From assembly GCA_003193925.1 (NCBI GenBank), contig PSPG01000002.1, forward strand, positions 41,258 through 105,257: a stretch of DNA of 64,000 bases. The letters run 5' to 3'. The first letter of the stretch is position 1. Each line of letters begins with the position of its first letter. This DNA is from Candidatus Thalassarchaeum betae. GTDB taxonomy: Archaea; Thermoplasmatota; Poseidoniia; Poseidoniales; Thalassarchaeaceae. The position numbers and the translations under genes are program-made. Below the pieces are notes generated by a model that was given only the letters and a program-made list of their open reading frames with translations, did no database searches and was not told the DNA's origin. This document shows, one piece after another, positions 8,710 to 19,075 of the stretch.

Positions 8710-11700
8710 TCAGTCGAAGTCGCTGCACAGCTCGCCCTGACTGGGAAAGCTGACTGCCGACTTGGGGTTGGTGTTCCACTTGTTCTCGCACTTGTTGAGA
8801 TACCCGTCGCCGTCCGAGTCGATGTTGGCGTCGGCCGGGTCAAACGGATCGAAGCCGAAGTAGTACTCCCATCCTGACCACATGCCGTCGTCGTCCTGGT
8901 CCTGGTGATACACCTCCGAGCCATCGAACCACTGATCGCCGTCTGTATCCGGGTCGACGGGATTCGTCCCGTTCTCGAACTCCTCGTAGTTGGTGAAGTT
9001 CTCGAGGTCGTCGTAGAACCTCCTGCCGTTGTCTGTGGTCGGGTCGATGTGGCACTCGGAGTTCTGCGGGTTGTCCCATCCGGGGCAGTAGCGATACAAC
9101 AGGTGCGTCCGATTGAGCCCGTCGCCGTCGAAGTCCTCCTGGCCGTCGTCGATGCCATCGACGTCCGAGTCGAACATCTTCGGGTCCATCGGACCGCGGG
9201 CTCCGACGGCGCTCAGGGTGTTGTTGTCGACCAGCCCCAGGCTGAGTGCTATCTCCGAGTAGTAGACCTCCCAGCCGTCGGGAAGCTTGTCCCCGTCGGT
9301 GTCGTCGTCCACTGGGTTGGTGTCCCAGCGGTCAGGGGCCTCGAGAGAGTTCATGAGTGTGTCATTGTCGATGTCGAAGGCCGAGTCGGGAAGCGAGCCC
9401 CATGCCGGGTTGAGGGCCCATCGTCCGCTGGCGGGTACGGTGAAACCTGACAGGTTCATCTCGTGCAGGAAGTACTTCGGATCCATGTCGCCGTCGCCGT
9501 CTCGGTCCCCGGAGGTCGAGAAGCCCGCGAGGTAACTGCTCCAGACCCAGCCACCGGGCCCGAGTCCACACTCGAGCATCGAATCACAGCCCGGCGGTAG
9601 CCAGTCGGTGACGCTGATCCAGAGGCTGTGGCTCTTCGTGTTGTGCTGGACGGAGAAGACCTGCATCTCCCAGCCATCGGGCTGACCGTCGCCGTCAGTG
9701 TCGTTGTTCAGTGGGTTGGTGGCACCCTGCCAAGGCCGTGGGATGTTGAGTACCTCGCTACCGTCGAACAGGCCGTCGTCGTCACTGTCGGGGTTGTTGG
9801 CGTGGGTGATGTACTGGTCGAGGCCGTCGATGACCTCCTCCCCGTCGGACAGGCCGTCGAGGTCGGTATCGTGCGAAGAGGCATTGGTGAAGTACACCGA
9901 ACCGTTCCATACGAAGCCGTCAACGGCCTCGGTGAAGTCCTCGAGACCGTCACTGTCGGTGTCCCTGTCAGAGGCATTGGTGAAAGTTTCGTAGTACTCG
10001 ACAGCGTCGGACAAGCCGTCCCTGTCGGTGTCGTAGGCACCCGGATCGCTCCTTACTAAGACATCCCTCACACCCTGATCGACGATGCGAATGGTCCAGC
10101 CGATCACCTCGATGCCGTCGATGAGTCCGTCTCCGTCGGTATCGGCGACCAGCGGGTCGGTCGAGCGGCCGTCGACGAAGCCATCGCCGTCCCGGTCCCT
10201 CGCATTGTACTCGTCGAGGTTGGTGAAGCGCTCGTGCTCCTCGACGACTACGGCGAGGTCCTGTAGACGGCTCGTGACCTCCTGGCCGATCTCGACGTTG
10301 ATGTGGTAGATCCAGCCGGCGATCAGGGTCTTGATCGGGATGTTGACGTACTGGCTCTCCTGGACAGTCCTGACCCAGAGGATGGTGCTGTTGACCTGCA
10401 CGTAGTCGCCGATCTCGACCGAGATGGCATGGATGGTGGTCACGCCAACGAGCCCTGTGTATCGCACGCCCCCGTCGCCGTCGGCGTCGTAACCGTCGAA
10501 GTCGGGGTCGTCGTCAGCGTTGCTGCCGTCGTTCGGATGGATTCCGCTGAGGTGCTCCCACCCGTCGGGCATGCCGTCACCGTCGGTGTCGAACTCCAGC
10601 GGATTGGTGAAGTTCTCCGGACCCCAGGTGTAGGCGACCTCGTACTCCTCGACGTTGTTCAGCCCGTCCCCGTCGGGGTCGCCGTAGGCGTCGGTGGCGT
10701 TGGCGGGGTTAAGGAAGCGGTCGCCCGAGGAATCGAGGCTGTAGCAGTACTCGAAGCCGTCGGGCATGCCGTCGCCGTCGGTGTCCCAGTCGCCCGGACC
10801 GTTGAGGCGGCCGTCGTTGTCCATGTCCTGCTCGAACCAGGTCCGGTCGCCGTGGCCGCTCATGTACTCCGTGTACGGCGCTTGCAGGGTCAAGGTGCCG
10901 AAGACGGGGACGCCGCAGTGGACGCCCAGTTGGATCTGCCCGTAGGCGATCTCGTACCTGTCTGCAATGAGGTCGCCGTCGCTGTCCTCCTCGAGCGGGT
11001 TGGTGTCGTACCTCTCCTCGACGTAATTGCGCAGACTGTCGGGTTCGGGCTGCTCGAGGTCCAGCAGGGCATCGCACGAGTGGCCGAACTGGCTGCCCAT
11101 CTCCTCCCACTCGCTCGAGCCGATGTCCTGCTCGATCTGCCCCTGGACCTCGGGAGTCAACAGGTAGCAGTCCCAGTTGCCGTCGAGTGGGTCGAGTAGG
11201 GTGATTGACCCCGAAGGGGTCTCGATAACGAAGGTGTACTCGGACTCCCAGCGGTCATTCAGACCGTCGCCGTCGGTGTCCCTGAGATTGGGATTGGTGC
11301 CGAGGAGCATCTCCTCGGTGTTGGTCAGGCCGTCCCGGTCCGGGTCTCCGAAGGGCCCGTTGTCCGGATTGGGGAAGGTCTCGTTCTGCTCCCCAGTCTC
11401 CTCCTCGTTGTCGGGGGAGTTGTGGGATATCTCGCTGAGGTCGGGCTCGCCGTTGTCCAGGGGATCCAGCCCATTGGCTATCTCCCACCCGTCGTCGAGC
11501 CCGTCGCCATCGGTGTCGGCCTCCCTCCAGTCGGTTCCGTAGAGCGTCTGCTCCATCCTGTCCGGCAGTCCGTCGCCGTCGAAGTCCTCCCCGCCGACGT
11601 GGGTGTCGTCGCTGGATACGATGTCCCCCGCTGCTGGTTCGAAGCCGCCGGAAGTGGTGGTGGACAGGCCGGCGTCGATGATGGTGTAGAAGCCGGCCAG

Positions 11701-11754
11701 ACACAGCGTCGCTGTGATTGCAAGCACCGCATACTGGTTGTGATTCAGAGCCAT
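8710..11754 (-). CDS. Membrane-anchored or secreted acidic protein with many DxDGDG calcium-binding (TSP3-like) repeats
   Basis: N-terminal hydrophobic helix; recurrent DTDGDGxxDGWE...NP units throughout. Confidence 0.85.
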   Translation of the reverse strand: MALNHNQYAVLAITATLCLAGFYTIIDAGLSTTTSGGFEPAAGDIVSSDDTHVGGEDFDGDGLPDRMEQTLYGTDWREADTDGDGLDDGWEIANGLDPLDNGEPDLSEISHNSPDNEEETGEQNETFPNPDNGPFGDPDRDGLTNTEEMLLGTNPNLRDTDGDGLNDRWESEYTFVIETPSGSITLLDPLDGNWDCYLLTPEVQGQIEQDIGSSEWEEMGSQFGHSCDALLDLEQPEPDSLRNYVEERYDTNPLEEDSDGDLIADRYEIAYGQIQLGVHCGVPVFGTLTLQAPYTEYMSGHGDRTWFEQDMDNDGRLNGPGDWDTDGDGMPDGFEYCYSLDSSGDRFLNPANATDAYGDPDGDGLNNVEEYEVAYTWGPENFTNPLEFDTDGDGMPDGWEHLSGIHPNDGSNADDDPDFDGYDADGDGGVRYTGLVGVTTIHAISVEIGDYVQVNSTILWVRTVQESQYVNIPIKTLIAGWIYHINVEIGQEVTSRLQDLAVVVEEHERFTNLDEYNARDRDGDGFVDGRSTDPLVADTDGDGLIDGIEVIGWTIRIVDQGVRDVLVRSDPGAYDTDRDGLSDAVEYYETFTNASDRDTDSDGLEDFTEAVDGFVWNGSVYFTNASSHDTDLDGLSDGEEVIDGLDQYITHANNPDSDDDGLFDGSEVLNIPRPWQGATNPLNNDTDGDGQPDGWEMQVFSVQHNTKSHSLWISVTDWLPPGCDSMLECGLGPGGWVWSSYLAGFSTSGDRDGDGDMDPKYFLHEMNLSGFTVPASGRWALNPAWGSLPDSAFDIDNDTLMNSLEAPDRWDTNPVDDDTDGDKLPDGWEVYYSEIALSLGLVDNNTLSAVGARGPMDPKMFDSDVDGIDDGQEDFDGDGLNRTHLLYRYCPGWDNPQNSECHIDPTTDNGRRFYDDLENFTNYEEFENGTNPVDPDTDGDQWFDGSEVYHQDQDDDGMWSGWEYYFGFDPFDPADANIDSDGDGYLNKCENKWNTNPKSAVSFPSQGELCSDFD

Positions 11755-11836
11755 GGAGGCACATCCGGCCCCAATGGGGCCGTCCGCTTGAATTTGGGTC
11801 CGGATATAATGTTTCACGGCAACCGAGCACGGGCAA

Positions 11837-12970
11837 TCATCCCGCTATCTCCCTCGAAGAGCGTATCTCGAGCGTCAGTCTGCCGTCCTCGAACGAGGTC
11901 GAGACGTGTCCATTTCTTCCGTATGCTCGTTCCCAGCAGCCTAGCAGTACCCCACTTGCGATCGCCGGGTGAAAGACGGACGCGAAGACCAGCCTGACTC
12001 CGCCGTGCTCATCCGCCTGCGAGGTACTTTCGATCCCACCGAGTCCGTGCGAGCTGAGGTGCCGACGAGTGATGCTCACCCAGTCTGAGTGAGCCCGGAC
12101 GAGGACGTGATGGCCCTCAGAGACGAACCTCTCCCTCGCCGAGTCGGCGGCTGCCGTCCACCACGTGGAGCGCTTGTCGTCGAGTCCTTCCCATCGATAG
12201 TCCTCGTCCCTGCCCTCGTGGACCACATCCAGATAGGGGAGGCAGTAGTCCTCGAATCGCAGGATGAGGTCGCGGTGCAGGAACATCCTGCGCTCGTTCA
12301 TTATCGACCAACACCCAGAGGATTCAACTCGCAGATCAGCCCACAACTCATCAGTCGACTCTTTGCCGAGATCACAGCCAATCTCCTGATCCCCCCAACT
12401 GGGCCTGCGGGGCTTCGGTACGGGGACTTGGGTGTCATCTGGAGTGAGTGTGATGACCAGTCCCTCACCCGCACTCTCCGACCACAGGAAGCGGTGTCGC
12501 TTGCCCGTAGCCCTCTCCCACGCTGCGGCGACCAGCCCCGAGCAGATCGGGCCCGAGGCAGGGCGGTCGATGAGGATCCGCGTCTCCTCGCCGTCATCTA
12601 GGAGCTCGAATCGGCCAAGGCCCCTGGACTCCCAGTCTTGGATGGTACTCGACCAAGAAGCGGGGTCGCGTCCAGAAGGAGCGTCCCAGCCCTCGAAACC
12701 CATCATGTGCTCCTCGTACTCCATGGCAGCATGTGCTAGGCGACGGCCGAGACTCTGCCCGGTCCTCTGTTCGAGCCTCTGGAACCACGACTCGAACCAG
12801 CCCACGCCGACTCGCCAAGCGAGCTTGTATGGGTCGTAGTCACGAGCCATGTCGCTGTAGGTGCCGTCATCAATCGGCATCCATCTGAGTTTCATTTGGT
12901 TTTCGGGGGACAACGGATCTCCGTAGAAGTGCTTGAGGAAGAAGTTCCCGAGGGCATCGAACAGGCCCAT
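11837..12970 (-). CDS. Hypothetical protein with two V4R-like domains
   Basis: Duplicated pattern WESRGLGRFEL...SGLVAAAWERATG and LSSHGLGGIES...SGVLLGCWERAYG. Confidence 0.6.
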   Translation of the reverse strand: MGLFDALGNFFLKHFYGDPLSPENQMKLRWMPIDDGTYSDMARDYDPYKLAWRVGVGWFESWFQRLEQRTGQSLGRRLAHAAMEYEEHMMGFEGWDAPSGRDPASWSSTIQDWESRGLGRFELLDDGEETRILIDRPASGPICSGLVAAAWERATGKRHRFLWSESAGEGLVITLTPDDTQVPVPKPRRPSWGDQEIGCDLGKESTDELWADLRVESSGCWSIMNERRMFLHRDLILRFEDYCLPYLDVVHEGRDEDYRWEGLDDKRSTWWTAAADSARERFVSEGHHVLVRAHSDWVSITRRHLSSHGLGGIESTSQADEHGGVRLVFASVFHPAIASGVLLGCWERAYGRNGHVSTSFEDGRLTLEIRSSREIAG

Positions 12971-12972
12971 GC

Positions 12973-14175
12973 TCAGCCCCGCAGAAACGCTTCGATGCGA
13001 TCGAAGGCCTCGGCGAGGACCTCGACGGGCGGCAGGCACACCATCCTGAAGTGGCCCTGTCCGAACTCAGGCGAGAAGCCCGAGCCATGGACGAGCAGGA
13101 CGTGGTACTGGTGCAGCAGGTCGAGCACGAAGCGCTTGTCGTCCGCGGCCATCTTGGGGTTGGTGATGCTGACGAACAGGTAGAACGCGCCGCCCGGTGC
13201 CTCGCAGTCCAGCCCTTCGATGGTCTCGATCCTGTCCAGGCAGTAGTCCATCCTCTTCCTGATTGTGGCACGATGCCCCTCCAGCCAGCCGGTGTCGTCG
13301 GTCAAGCCCGCGAGGAAGCCGTGCTGTGCTGGCGTGGAAGCGCAGAGTCGGCTGCGGAGCAGCCGCTCGACACCATCGCGAACAAGTTCCAGCCTTCCCT
13401 GAGGGTCATGCCAAGCCATGTAGCCGACCCTCCAGCCGGGTGCGAAGTAGACCTTGGAGGCCCCGTTGAGTACGATGACCGGTACTTCTTCCGAGCGTGA
13501 GGCCACCGAGCACTGCTGGCCAGTGAAGTCCAGTCCGTCGTAAATCTCGTCGGCGATGATGGTGCACTTGGGCCATAGGCTCGCAATCTCGATGAGCGCG
13601 TCGACCTCCTCGGGGGTGGCGACGTTGCCTGTCGGGTTGTTGGGGTTGATCAGGACCAGCAGGCGGACGCTGTCGTCCATCTTCGCGCTGATGTCGTCGA
13701 GGTCGATGCGCCAGCCGTCGTCCGGGTCCAGCCGGTACTCCACGGTCGTTCCCCCGTACATCTGCGGGTAGGCCATGTAGGGAGGGTAGTGCGGCCCAGG
13801 TGCGAGGACGGTGTCGCCCTCTTCGAGGAAGGCTGCGAAGATGATCTGCAGGGCCTCGGTGACGCCGTGTGTGACATAGACGTCATCAGTCGAGCAGTCC
13901 CATCCTTTCGAGCGCTCTCTGGAGGTTATGGCGTGGCGCAGTTCTGGTATTCCATAAGACGGGCCGTAGCCGTTGTCCTGCCGGTCAAGAGCCGCCTTGA
14001 AGGCGGTGACCATGTGGTCTGGAGTGGGCAATCCGTCGTAGGCCAGCGGGTCACCGATGTTGAGTCGGATTATCTCGTGGCCCTGTGCCTCGAGCTCGAC
14101 GGCGGGAACCACGACGTCTCGGATGGCGTACTCTATCGCGGCGGCGCGAGCCGAGACATCAACCTGTTCGACCAC
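12973..14175 (-). CDS. PLP-dependent aminotransferase class I/II (alanine aminotransferase-like)
   Basis: LNIGDP, YGPSYG, INPNNPTG, ADEIYD, SKVYFAPGWRVG. Confidence 0.9.
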   Translation of the reverse strand: MVEQVDVSARAAAIEYAIRDVVVPAVELEAQGHEIIRLNIGDPLAYDGLPTPDHMVTAFKAALDRQDNGYGPSYGIPELRHAITSRERSKGWDCSTDDVYVTHGVTEALQIIFAAFLEEGDTVLAPGPHYPPYMAYPQMYGGTTVEYRLDPDDGWRIDLDDISAKMDDSVRLLVLINPNNPTGNVATPEEVDALIEIASLWPKCTIIADEIYDGLDFTGQQCSVASRSEEVPVIVLNGASKVYFAPGWRVGYMAWHDPQGRLELVRDGVERLLRSRLCASTPAQHGFLAGLTDDTGWLEGHRATIRKRMDYCLDRIETIEGLDCEAPGGAFYLFVSITNPKMAADDKRFVLDLLHQYHVLLVHGSGFSPEFGQGHFRMVCLPPVEVLAEAFDRIEAFLRG

Positions 14176-14250
14176 GCTCGTGCGTGATGCGGTTCGGCCA
14201 TCAAATCGACGGATGAACAAAGTCAAGCCCGGGCCCTCTCAGGGGCCGGA

Positions 14251-14628
14251 GTGGGCGAGGACCCGGGAACTTTGTCGAAACTGACCGCACTCGGCTTGGT
14301 GCCGATGGGCATAGTGCTCTCTGCGGTGCTCTTCGAGATGCCAGCTGACGGGCAGCAGAGGTTCACGATGGCCATCTTCTCTCTCGTAGTGATCATGCCG
14401 CTGTGCGCGGCATTCAGTCTGGTGCTGAAACTGAGGCACTGGGGCTTGGAACACGGCACACGACCGAAGTGGATGCCTAGGTCAAGGGTCTGGCATTTAC
14501 TGGCAATGCTGGTGTTGTTCGCGCTCCTCGCCCTGATGATTACCTCCCAGGGGGACGTGCTGGGTTTCCACGGGATGCTGGGCGCATGGCTCGTGATCTG
14601 GATTACCGCATACCGGCTGATTAACTGA
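14251..14628 (+). CDS. Small integral membrane protein (about 4 TM)
   Basis: Four hydrophobic stretches; fills the gap between aminotransferase and alaS. Confidence 0.65.
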   Translation: MGEDPGTLSKLTALGLVPMGIVLSAVLFEMPADGQQRFTMAIFSLVVIMPLCAAFSLVLKLRHWGLEHGTRPKWMPRSRVWHLLAMLVLFALLALMITSQGDVLGFHGMLGAWLVIWITAYRLIN

Positions 14629-17497
14629 TACCTAGCAACGAGCGCGCTGCATCGAGCGCGGCCGGGATGCCATCGGGCTTCGAGCCGCCGCCTTGGGCGA
14701 TGGTGGGCCTGCCGCCGCCCGCTCCCCCGATGTGACCTGCTATCGCATTGAGGATCTCGACGGCGTTGTGGCGCTCTGCTGCGACACTGCCCTCGGTGGA
14801 GGCGACTATGAGGGTCCCTCCGCCCTCTCTGCTGCCTAGCACTGCGAGGGTCGGCGTGGATGCGTCGCGAGTCAGCTCTCCGAGCATCGCCATCATCTGC
14901 TTGGCATCCCCTCCGGATTCCATCACCACGTACCTGACGCCCTCCTTCTCGACCGCAGCATCACCGCCGCCATCGGTCCGCAATCTCACGATCTCGGCCT
15001 CCAGAGATTCGATGCGCTTCTGCTGCGACTTCCACTCGCCGAAGAAGCGCGAGACGGTGCGCGGCAGGTCGTCCGGCTGCACCCCGAGGATCTCTGAGGC
15101 GTCACCGAGAAGGCGCTCCTGGCGCCGGGTGTGCTCGCGTGCCGTCCCCCCTGCCACGATCTGCAGACGCTCCACTCCGTCTTGGACTTGACTCGACCTG
15201 ATGATGAGTAACTCCCCGATTTCGCCGGCTTCGTCATGGTGCGTGCCCCCGCATGCCTGGGTGTCGTAGTCGCCGATCTTGATGATGCGAATCTGGCTGT
15301 GCTTGGGCGGTCCGCCCTGATAGATGTCGAAGCCGAAGGTGGCGTCGGCGTCCGCTCTATCCATCACCAGCTTCTCGATCCCAGGATTCGCCTCGACGAT
15401 CTCGTTCGCCCTGTCCTCGATGGTGTCGAGGACCTCCCTGGTGAGTCTAGAGTGGTGGGTGATGTCCAGCCTCGCGTAGCGTGCGCCCTTGTTCGAGCCG
15501 GCCTGCCAAACATGGGGGCCGAGGACCTCTCTGGCGGAGCCGCCGACGATATGGACCGCCGTGTGGTGGTCCATCAGCTGCTTGCGGCGCTCCCAGTCGA
15601 CAACCCCCCTGGCTGAGCCCCCCTCAAGTGGGGCGTCGGTGAGATGCAGGATTACACCGTTCTCGACCCGGGTGTCGACCACGTTGGCGGCGGCGCCGTT
15701 CTGAGCCAGCATGCCTTGGTCACCGAGTTGCCCGCCCCCCTCGGGATAGAACAGGGTCCGATCTAGAACCACGGCGTGCGTAGGTACTCCGAAGACCTCG
15801 CTAGAGAGGTTCAGAGATTCTACCTCCTCGCTTGACAGAGGGGCGCAGTGCAGCACTTCGGCAGTGAACTCGGTGGCGCTGGTGTCGGCGTAGTAGTCAG
15901 GTGAGGTAGCGGGCAGCGCTGCCACCTCGAAGACGCTGTCCATGGCCTTCGCCTTGGCCGCCACCTTGGTCATCTGCGCGTTGCGGGCAGCCATGTCGGC
16001 TGCGAACCCGACGCGCACGGACAGGCCCTCCCAGCCGAGCTCGTGCGCTATCGAGACGACCATGTCGGGATTGAGGCCTCTCTCCTCAGCGAGGCGAAAC
16101 AGGGTCTCGTCAGGAGCCATGGCGACGTCCTTGGGAAGCGACTTGAGGGCGGTACGCACCGCTGCCTCACCTTTCCTCAGCATCTCGTGGTAGCGCACCT
16201 CCTCGAGCTCGAGTATCCTCAGTACGCCCTCGCGCGACTGCACGAACGAGCCCATGTCGAGATGGGTGTCCATGTGGTGCGCGCCCAAGTCAGCGAGACT
16301 GATGGACGCGCCGAGGTCGTCCTTCATGCGGCAGACGCGGCGGGCCAGCATGCGAGCCAGGTAGCCGGCCTTGGAATTGCTCGGCACTAGGCCGTCGCCC
16401 AGCATGTTGCACAGAGCGTGCATGTGATCTGGTATGGCGTAGATCGAGGACAGCGGCTCAGTCACTTGTTTCAACTCGTCAACGGAGAGATTGATACCGG
16501 TCTCGTAGAGTCGTTCGACCAACTTGTCGTACAGTGCTTCGACATCGGTTCCGACATCGATGTTGAGTATCCCGGCGAGCCTCGAGAGCTCGCCCAGCAG
16601 CGAGTCGATGCCGACCGCCATCCCGAGGGAGGATGCCATCGAGTCGAAGCCGCTCAGCTCCTTGAGCCAAGCCACCGACTCGGGGTAGATTGCCTCGTAG
16701 ATGGTAGGGGTACCGGCGGCGGCCCAGCAGAATCTCTCGAGGCCGTAGCCGGTGTCGATGATCTGCAGGTCCATCTCCCTGTATCGCAGGCCCTTGATCT
16801 CGATGTCGCCGTCATCGGCCTCCTCGAGGTTCATGAAGACGAGCGTGGCGAGCTCCAGCCCGCCCACTATGACCTCCAATGCTGGTCCGGCGTTGCCGCC
16901 TCCAGACCAGGGGCTCTCGACGTAGGTGAGTTCCTTGGGATCGATGCCCAATGAATCGACGAGCATCTCGTCGCAATAGCGAACGCACTGGTCGATCCAG
17001 TAGACGACATCGTTGTCCCCAGGCCTGTTGAAAGCGTGGTGCGCCATCATCTCGAATGCCGAGAGATGCCTTCCAGAACGGCCTACTGCGGCCAGGTCTG
17101 TCAGCCTGATGCACGGCTGACTGATACCTAGGGGGTTGGCCGGCGGCGGAACTTGGCCGCTGGTGACATGAGGCTGGAAGTCAGCTATGCTGGCGATGGT
17201 CAGGTGGATGTCGTCGCGCCATCTGGCGATGATCGGGTACGGCTCCACTCTCGTGTGACCGTGCTTGTCGAAGAAATCGAGGAAAGCTTCCCTCATGGCG
17301 TCCTTCAGGGCTTTCCCAAGCATCGGAAAGCCCTCGATGACCGGGTTGCCGATGAAAGTGTACGGGTCCTCGGTCGAATCACCGCACGTAGTGCGGCTCT
17401 CGTCCCTTGTCCAGAAGCGGACTCCGGTCACCCGGCAAGTCTTGCAGATGTGTCCCGACTCCTCCCAGAAGGGGATGTGAATCTCGCCGAACGCCAT
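14621..17497 (-). CDS. alaS: Alanine--tRNA ligase (archaeal type)
   Basis: ARWRDD, IASIADFQP, QPCIR, FEMMAHHAFN, DTGYGLER; editing motifs HTAVH and CGGTH; C-Ala GGGRPTIAQGGG. Confidence 0.97.
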   Translation of the reverse strand: MAFGEIHIPFWEESGHICKTCRVTGVRFWTRDESRTTCGDSTEDPYTFIGNPVIEGFPMLGKALKDAMREAFLDFFDKHGHTRVEPYPIIARWRDDIHLTIASIADFQPHVTSGQVPPPANPLGISQPCIRLTDLAAVGRSGRHLSAFEMMAHHAFNRPGDNDVVYWIDQCVRYCDEMLVDSLGIDPKELTYVESPWSGGGNAGPALEVIVGGLELATLVFMNLEEADDGDIEIKGLRYREMDLQIIDTGYGLERFCWAAAGTPTIYEAIYPESVAWLKELSGFDSMASSLGMAVGIDSLLGELSRLAGILNIDVGTDVEALYDKLVERLYETGINLSVDELKQVTEPLSSIYAIPDHMHALCNMLGDGLVPSNSKAGYLARMLARRVCRMKDDLGASISLADLGAHHMDTHLDMGSFVQSREGVLRILELEEVRYHEMLRKGEAAVRTALKSLPKDVAMAPDETLFRLAEERGLNPDMVVSIAHELGWEGLSVRVGFAADMAARNAQMTKVAAKAKAMDSVFEVAALPATSPDYYADTSATEFTAEVLHCAPLSSEEVESLNLSSEVFGVPTHAVVLDRTLFYPEGGGQLGDQGMLAQNGAAANVVDTRVENGVILHLTDAPLEGGSARGVVDWERRKQLMDHHTAVHIVGGSAREVLGPHVWQAGSNKGARYARLDITHHSRLTREVLDTIEDRANEIVEANPGIEKLVMDRADADATFGFDIYQGGPPKHSQIRIIKIGDYDTQACGGTHHDEAGEIGELLIIRSSQVQDGVERLQIVAGGTAREHTRRQERLLGDASEILGVQPDDLPRTVSRFFGEWKSQQKRIESLEAEIVRLRTDGGGDAAVEKEGVRYVVMESGGDAKQMMAMLGELTRDASTPTLAVLGSREGGGTLIVASTEGSVAAERHNAVEILNAIAGHIGGAGGGRPTIAQGGGSKPDGIPAALDAARSLLGIS

Positions 17498-17602
17498 GCT
17501 ACCGCGCCTTACCTGCGCTCGAGCCATCGGACAGGCGGTCTTGAAGGCAATTGTACGAGAGACGCCCGTTGCGTTGAAAGCGAGAGCGCAACAGGGTTGC
17601 CC

Positions 17603-19075
17603 ATGACGGCTGAGTGGAGGGATTTCCTAGAGTCTGATGGCCCAGGAAGGATGCGTATCTCGAGGCATGGGGACATGCTGACTGACGCCATACTGATCGC
17701 TGATGAGCGGCACATGTCCGAGCACTCGGACGACCGCTCGCCCGGGCAACTGGTCAACACCGCTGCCCTGCCCGGAATCGTCGGCGAGGCCTGGGGAATG
17801 GCGGACTGGCACTTCGGGTACGGTTTTCCTATTGGCGGAGTCGTCGCCACGGACATCGAGGCAGGCGAGCAGGGGGGCGCCATCTCTCCGGGAGGTGTCG
17901 GCTTCGACATCAACTGCGGAGTCAGGCTCTGCGCCACCGAGATGAGCATCTCCGACCTCGATCCCAAGCGACTCGCAGCGAGGCTATCGCGCTCGATCCC
18001 AGCGGGAGCCACCTCCAAGGGCGGCGTCAGCCTCGGCGATGGCGAGATGGAGGCCGTCCTGTCCGAAGGCGCCGGCGCTGCCGTCGAACTGGGTTGGGGC
18101 GAGGCCCGGGACCTCGATGCCATCGAATCGAACGGCCGCCTCGACAGCGAGGAGAGGGCTGTGAGCGAGCGAGCCATGAAACGCGGCTCCACCGCACTGG
18201 GAACGCTCGGCTCTGGCAACCACTTCCTAGAGCTCCAGGTCGTAGAACGCGTCGTCGACGATGCTGCTGCGGCCGCCTACGGTCTGAGGGAGGGACAGGT
18301 CACAGCGATGATCCACACCGGCTCGAGGGGGCTAGGACATCAGGTCTGCTCCGAGCACGTCGCTGCCATCGAGTCGAAGTATCGCAAGGCAGGGAGCGCT
18401 TGGCATTCACCCGAGTGGGGAATCACGCTAGCAGACCGGCAACTCGCAGCCGCGCCGATCCACAGCCCCGCAGGGGCTGCTTACCTCGATGCGATGAGCG
18501 CGGCTGGCAACTACGCATTCGCCAACCGCTCGGCACTGACCCAGCGTCTGCGCAACGTGCTGCGCGAGCAATACGGCCAAGACGGCGATCTCGAGGTGGT
18601 CTACGACGTCTGTCACAACATCGCCAAGATCGAAGATCACATGGTGCACGGGGTGAGTTGCAGGTGCTGCGTCCACCGCAAGGGAGCCACTCGGGCACTG
18701 GGTGGGGACCATCCCGAGCTCGCCTCTAGGTTCTCCGGGATCGGCCAGCCGGTCCTCGTGCCGGGGGACATGGGAACCGCTTCGTGGGTCCTAGCGGGTC
18801 CTGCGAGGGGGGCCAACGACGCCTTCGCCTCGTCGTGCCACGGCGCGGGACGCCGCTTGTCTCGCACGGCTGCTCGCAAGAGAATCGACTCGGTCTCGCT
18901 CAGGGAGACGCTGGAGTCAAAGGGCATCCACGTCCATGCCAAGACCCCCAACGTGCTCTCTGAGGAGGCTCCGGACGCCTACAAGGACGTGGACGAGGTG
19001 GTCCGCCTCACTGCGGAGGCCGGGCTGGCGAGACCGGTCGCACGTCTGAGGCCGATAGCCGTGATCAAGGGCTAG
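17603..19075 (+). CDS. rtcB: RNA-splicing ligase RtcB
   Basis: DWHFGYGFPIGG, GGVGFDINCGVR, GSGNHFLE, HTGSRG, HNIAK, HRKGAT, HGAGR, EEAPDAYKD, terminal KG. Confidence 0.95.
   Translation: MTAEWRDFLESDGPGRMRISRHGDMLTDAILIADERHMSEHSDDRSPGQLVNTAALPGIVGEAWGMADWHFGYGFPIGGVVATDIEAGEQGGAISPGGVGFDINCGVRLCATEMSISDLDPKRLAARLSRSIPAGATSKGGVSLGDGEMEAVLSEGAGAAVELGWGEARDLDAIESNGRLDSEERAVSERAMKRGSTALGTLGSGNHFLELQVVERVVDDAAAAAYGLREGQVTAMIHTGSRGLGHQVCSEHVAAIESKYRKAGSAWHSPEWGITLADRQLAAAPIHSPAGAAYLDAMSAAGNYAFANRSALTQRLRNVLREQYGQDGDLEVVYDVCHNIAKIEDHMVHGVSCRCCVHRKGATRALGGDHPELASRFSGIGQPVLVPGDMGTASWVLAGPARGANDAFASSCHGAGRRLSRTAARKRIDSVSLRETLESKGIHVHAKTPNVLSEEAPDAYKDVDEVVRLTAEAGLARPVARLRPIAVIKG

Noticed and set aside
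8710-11754. Recurrent GTCGCCGTCG-type sequences as a possible CRISPR or DNA repeat array
   Set aside because: They are codons for DGDG protein repeats, with no constant repeat-spacer period and no cas genes.
17153-17602. 150-aa N-terminal extension of RtcB in the ORF track
   Set aside because: It overlaps alaS on the opposite strand; RtcB similarity begins near the ATG at 17603.
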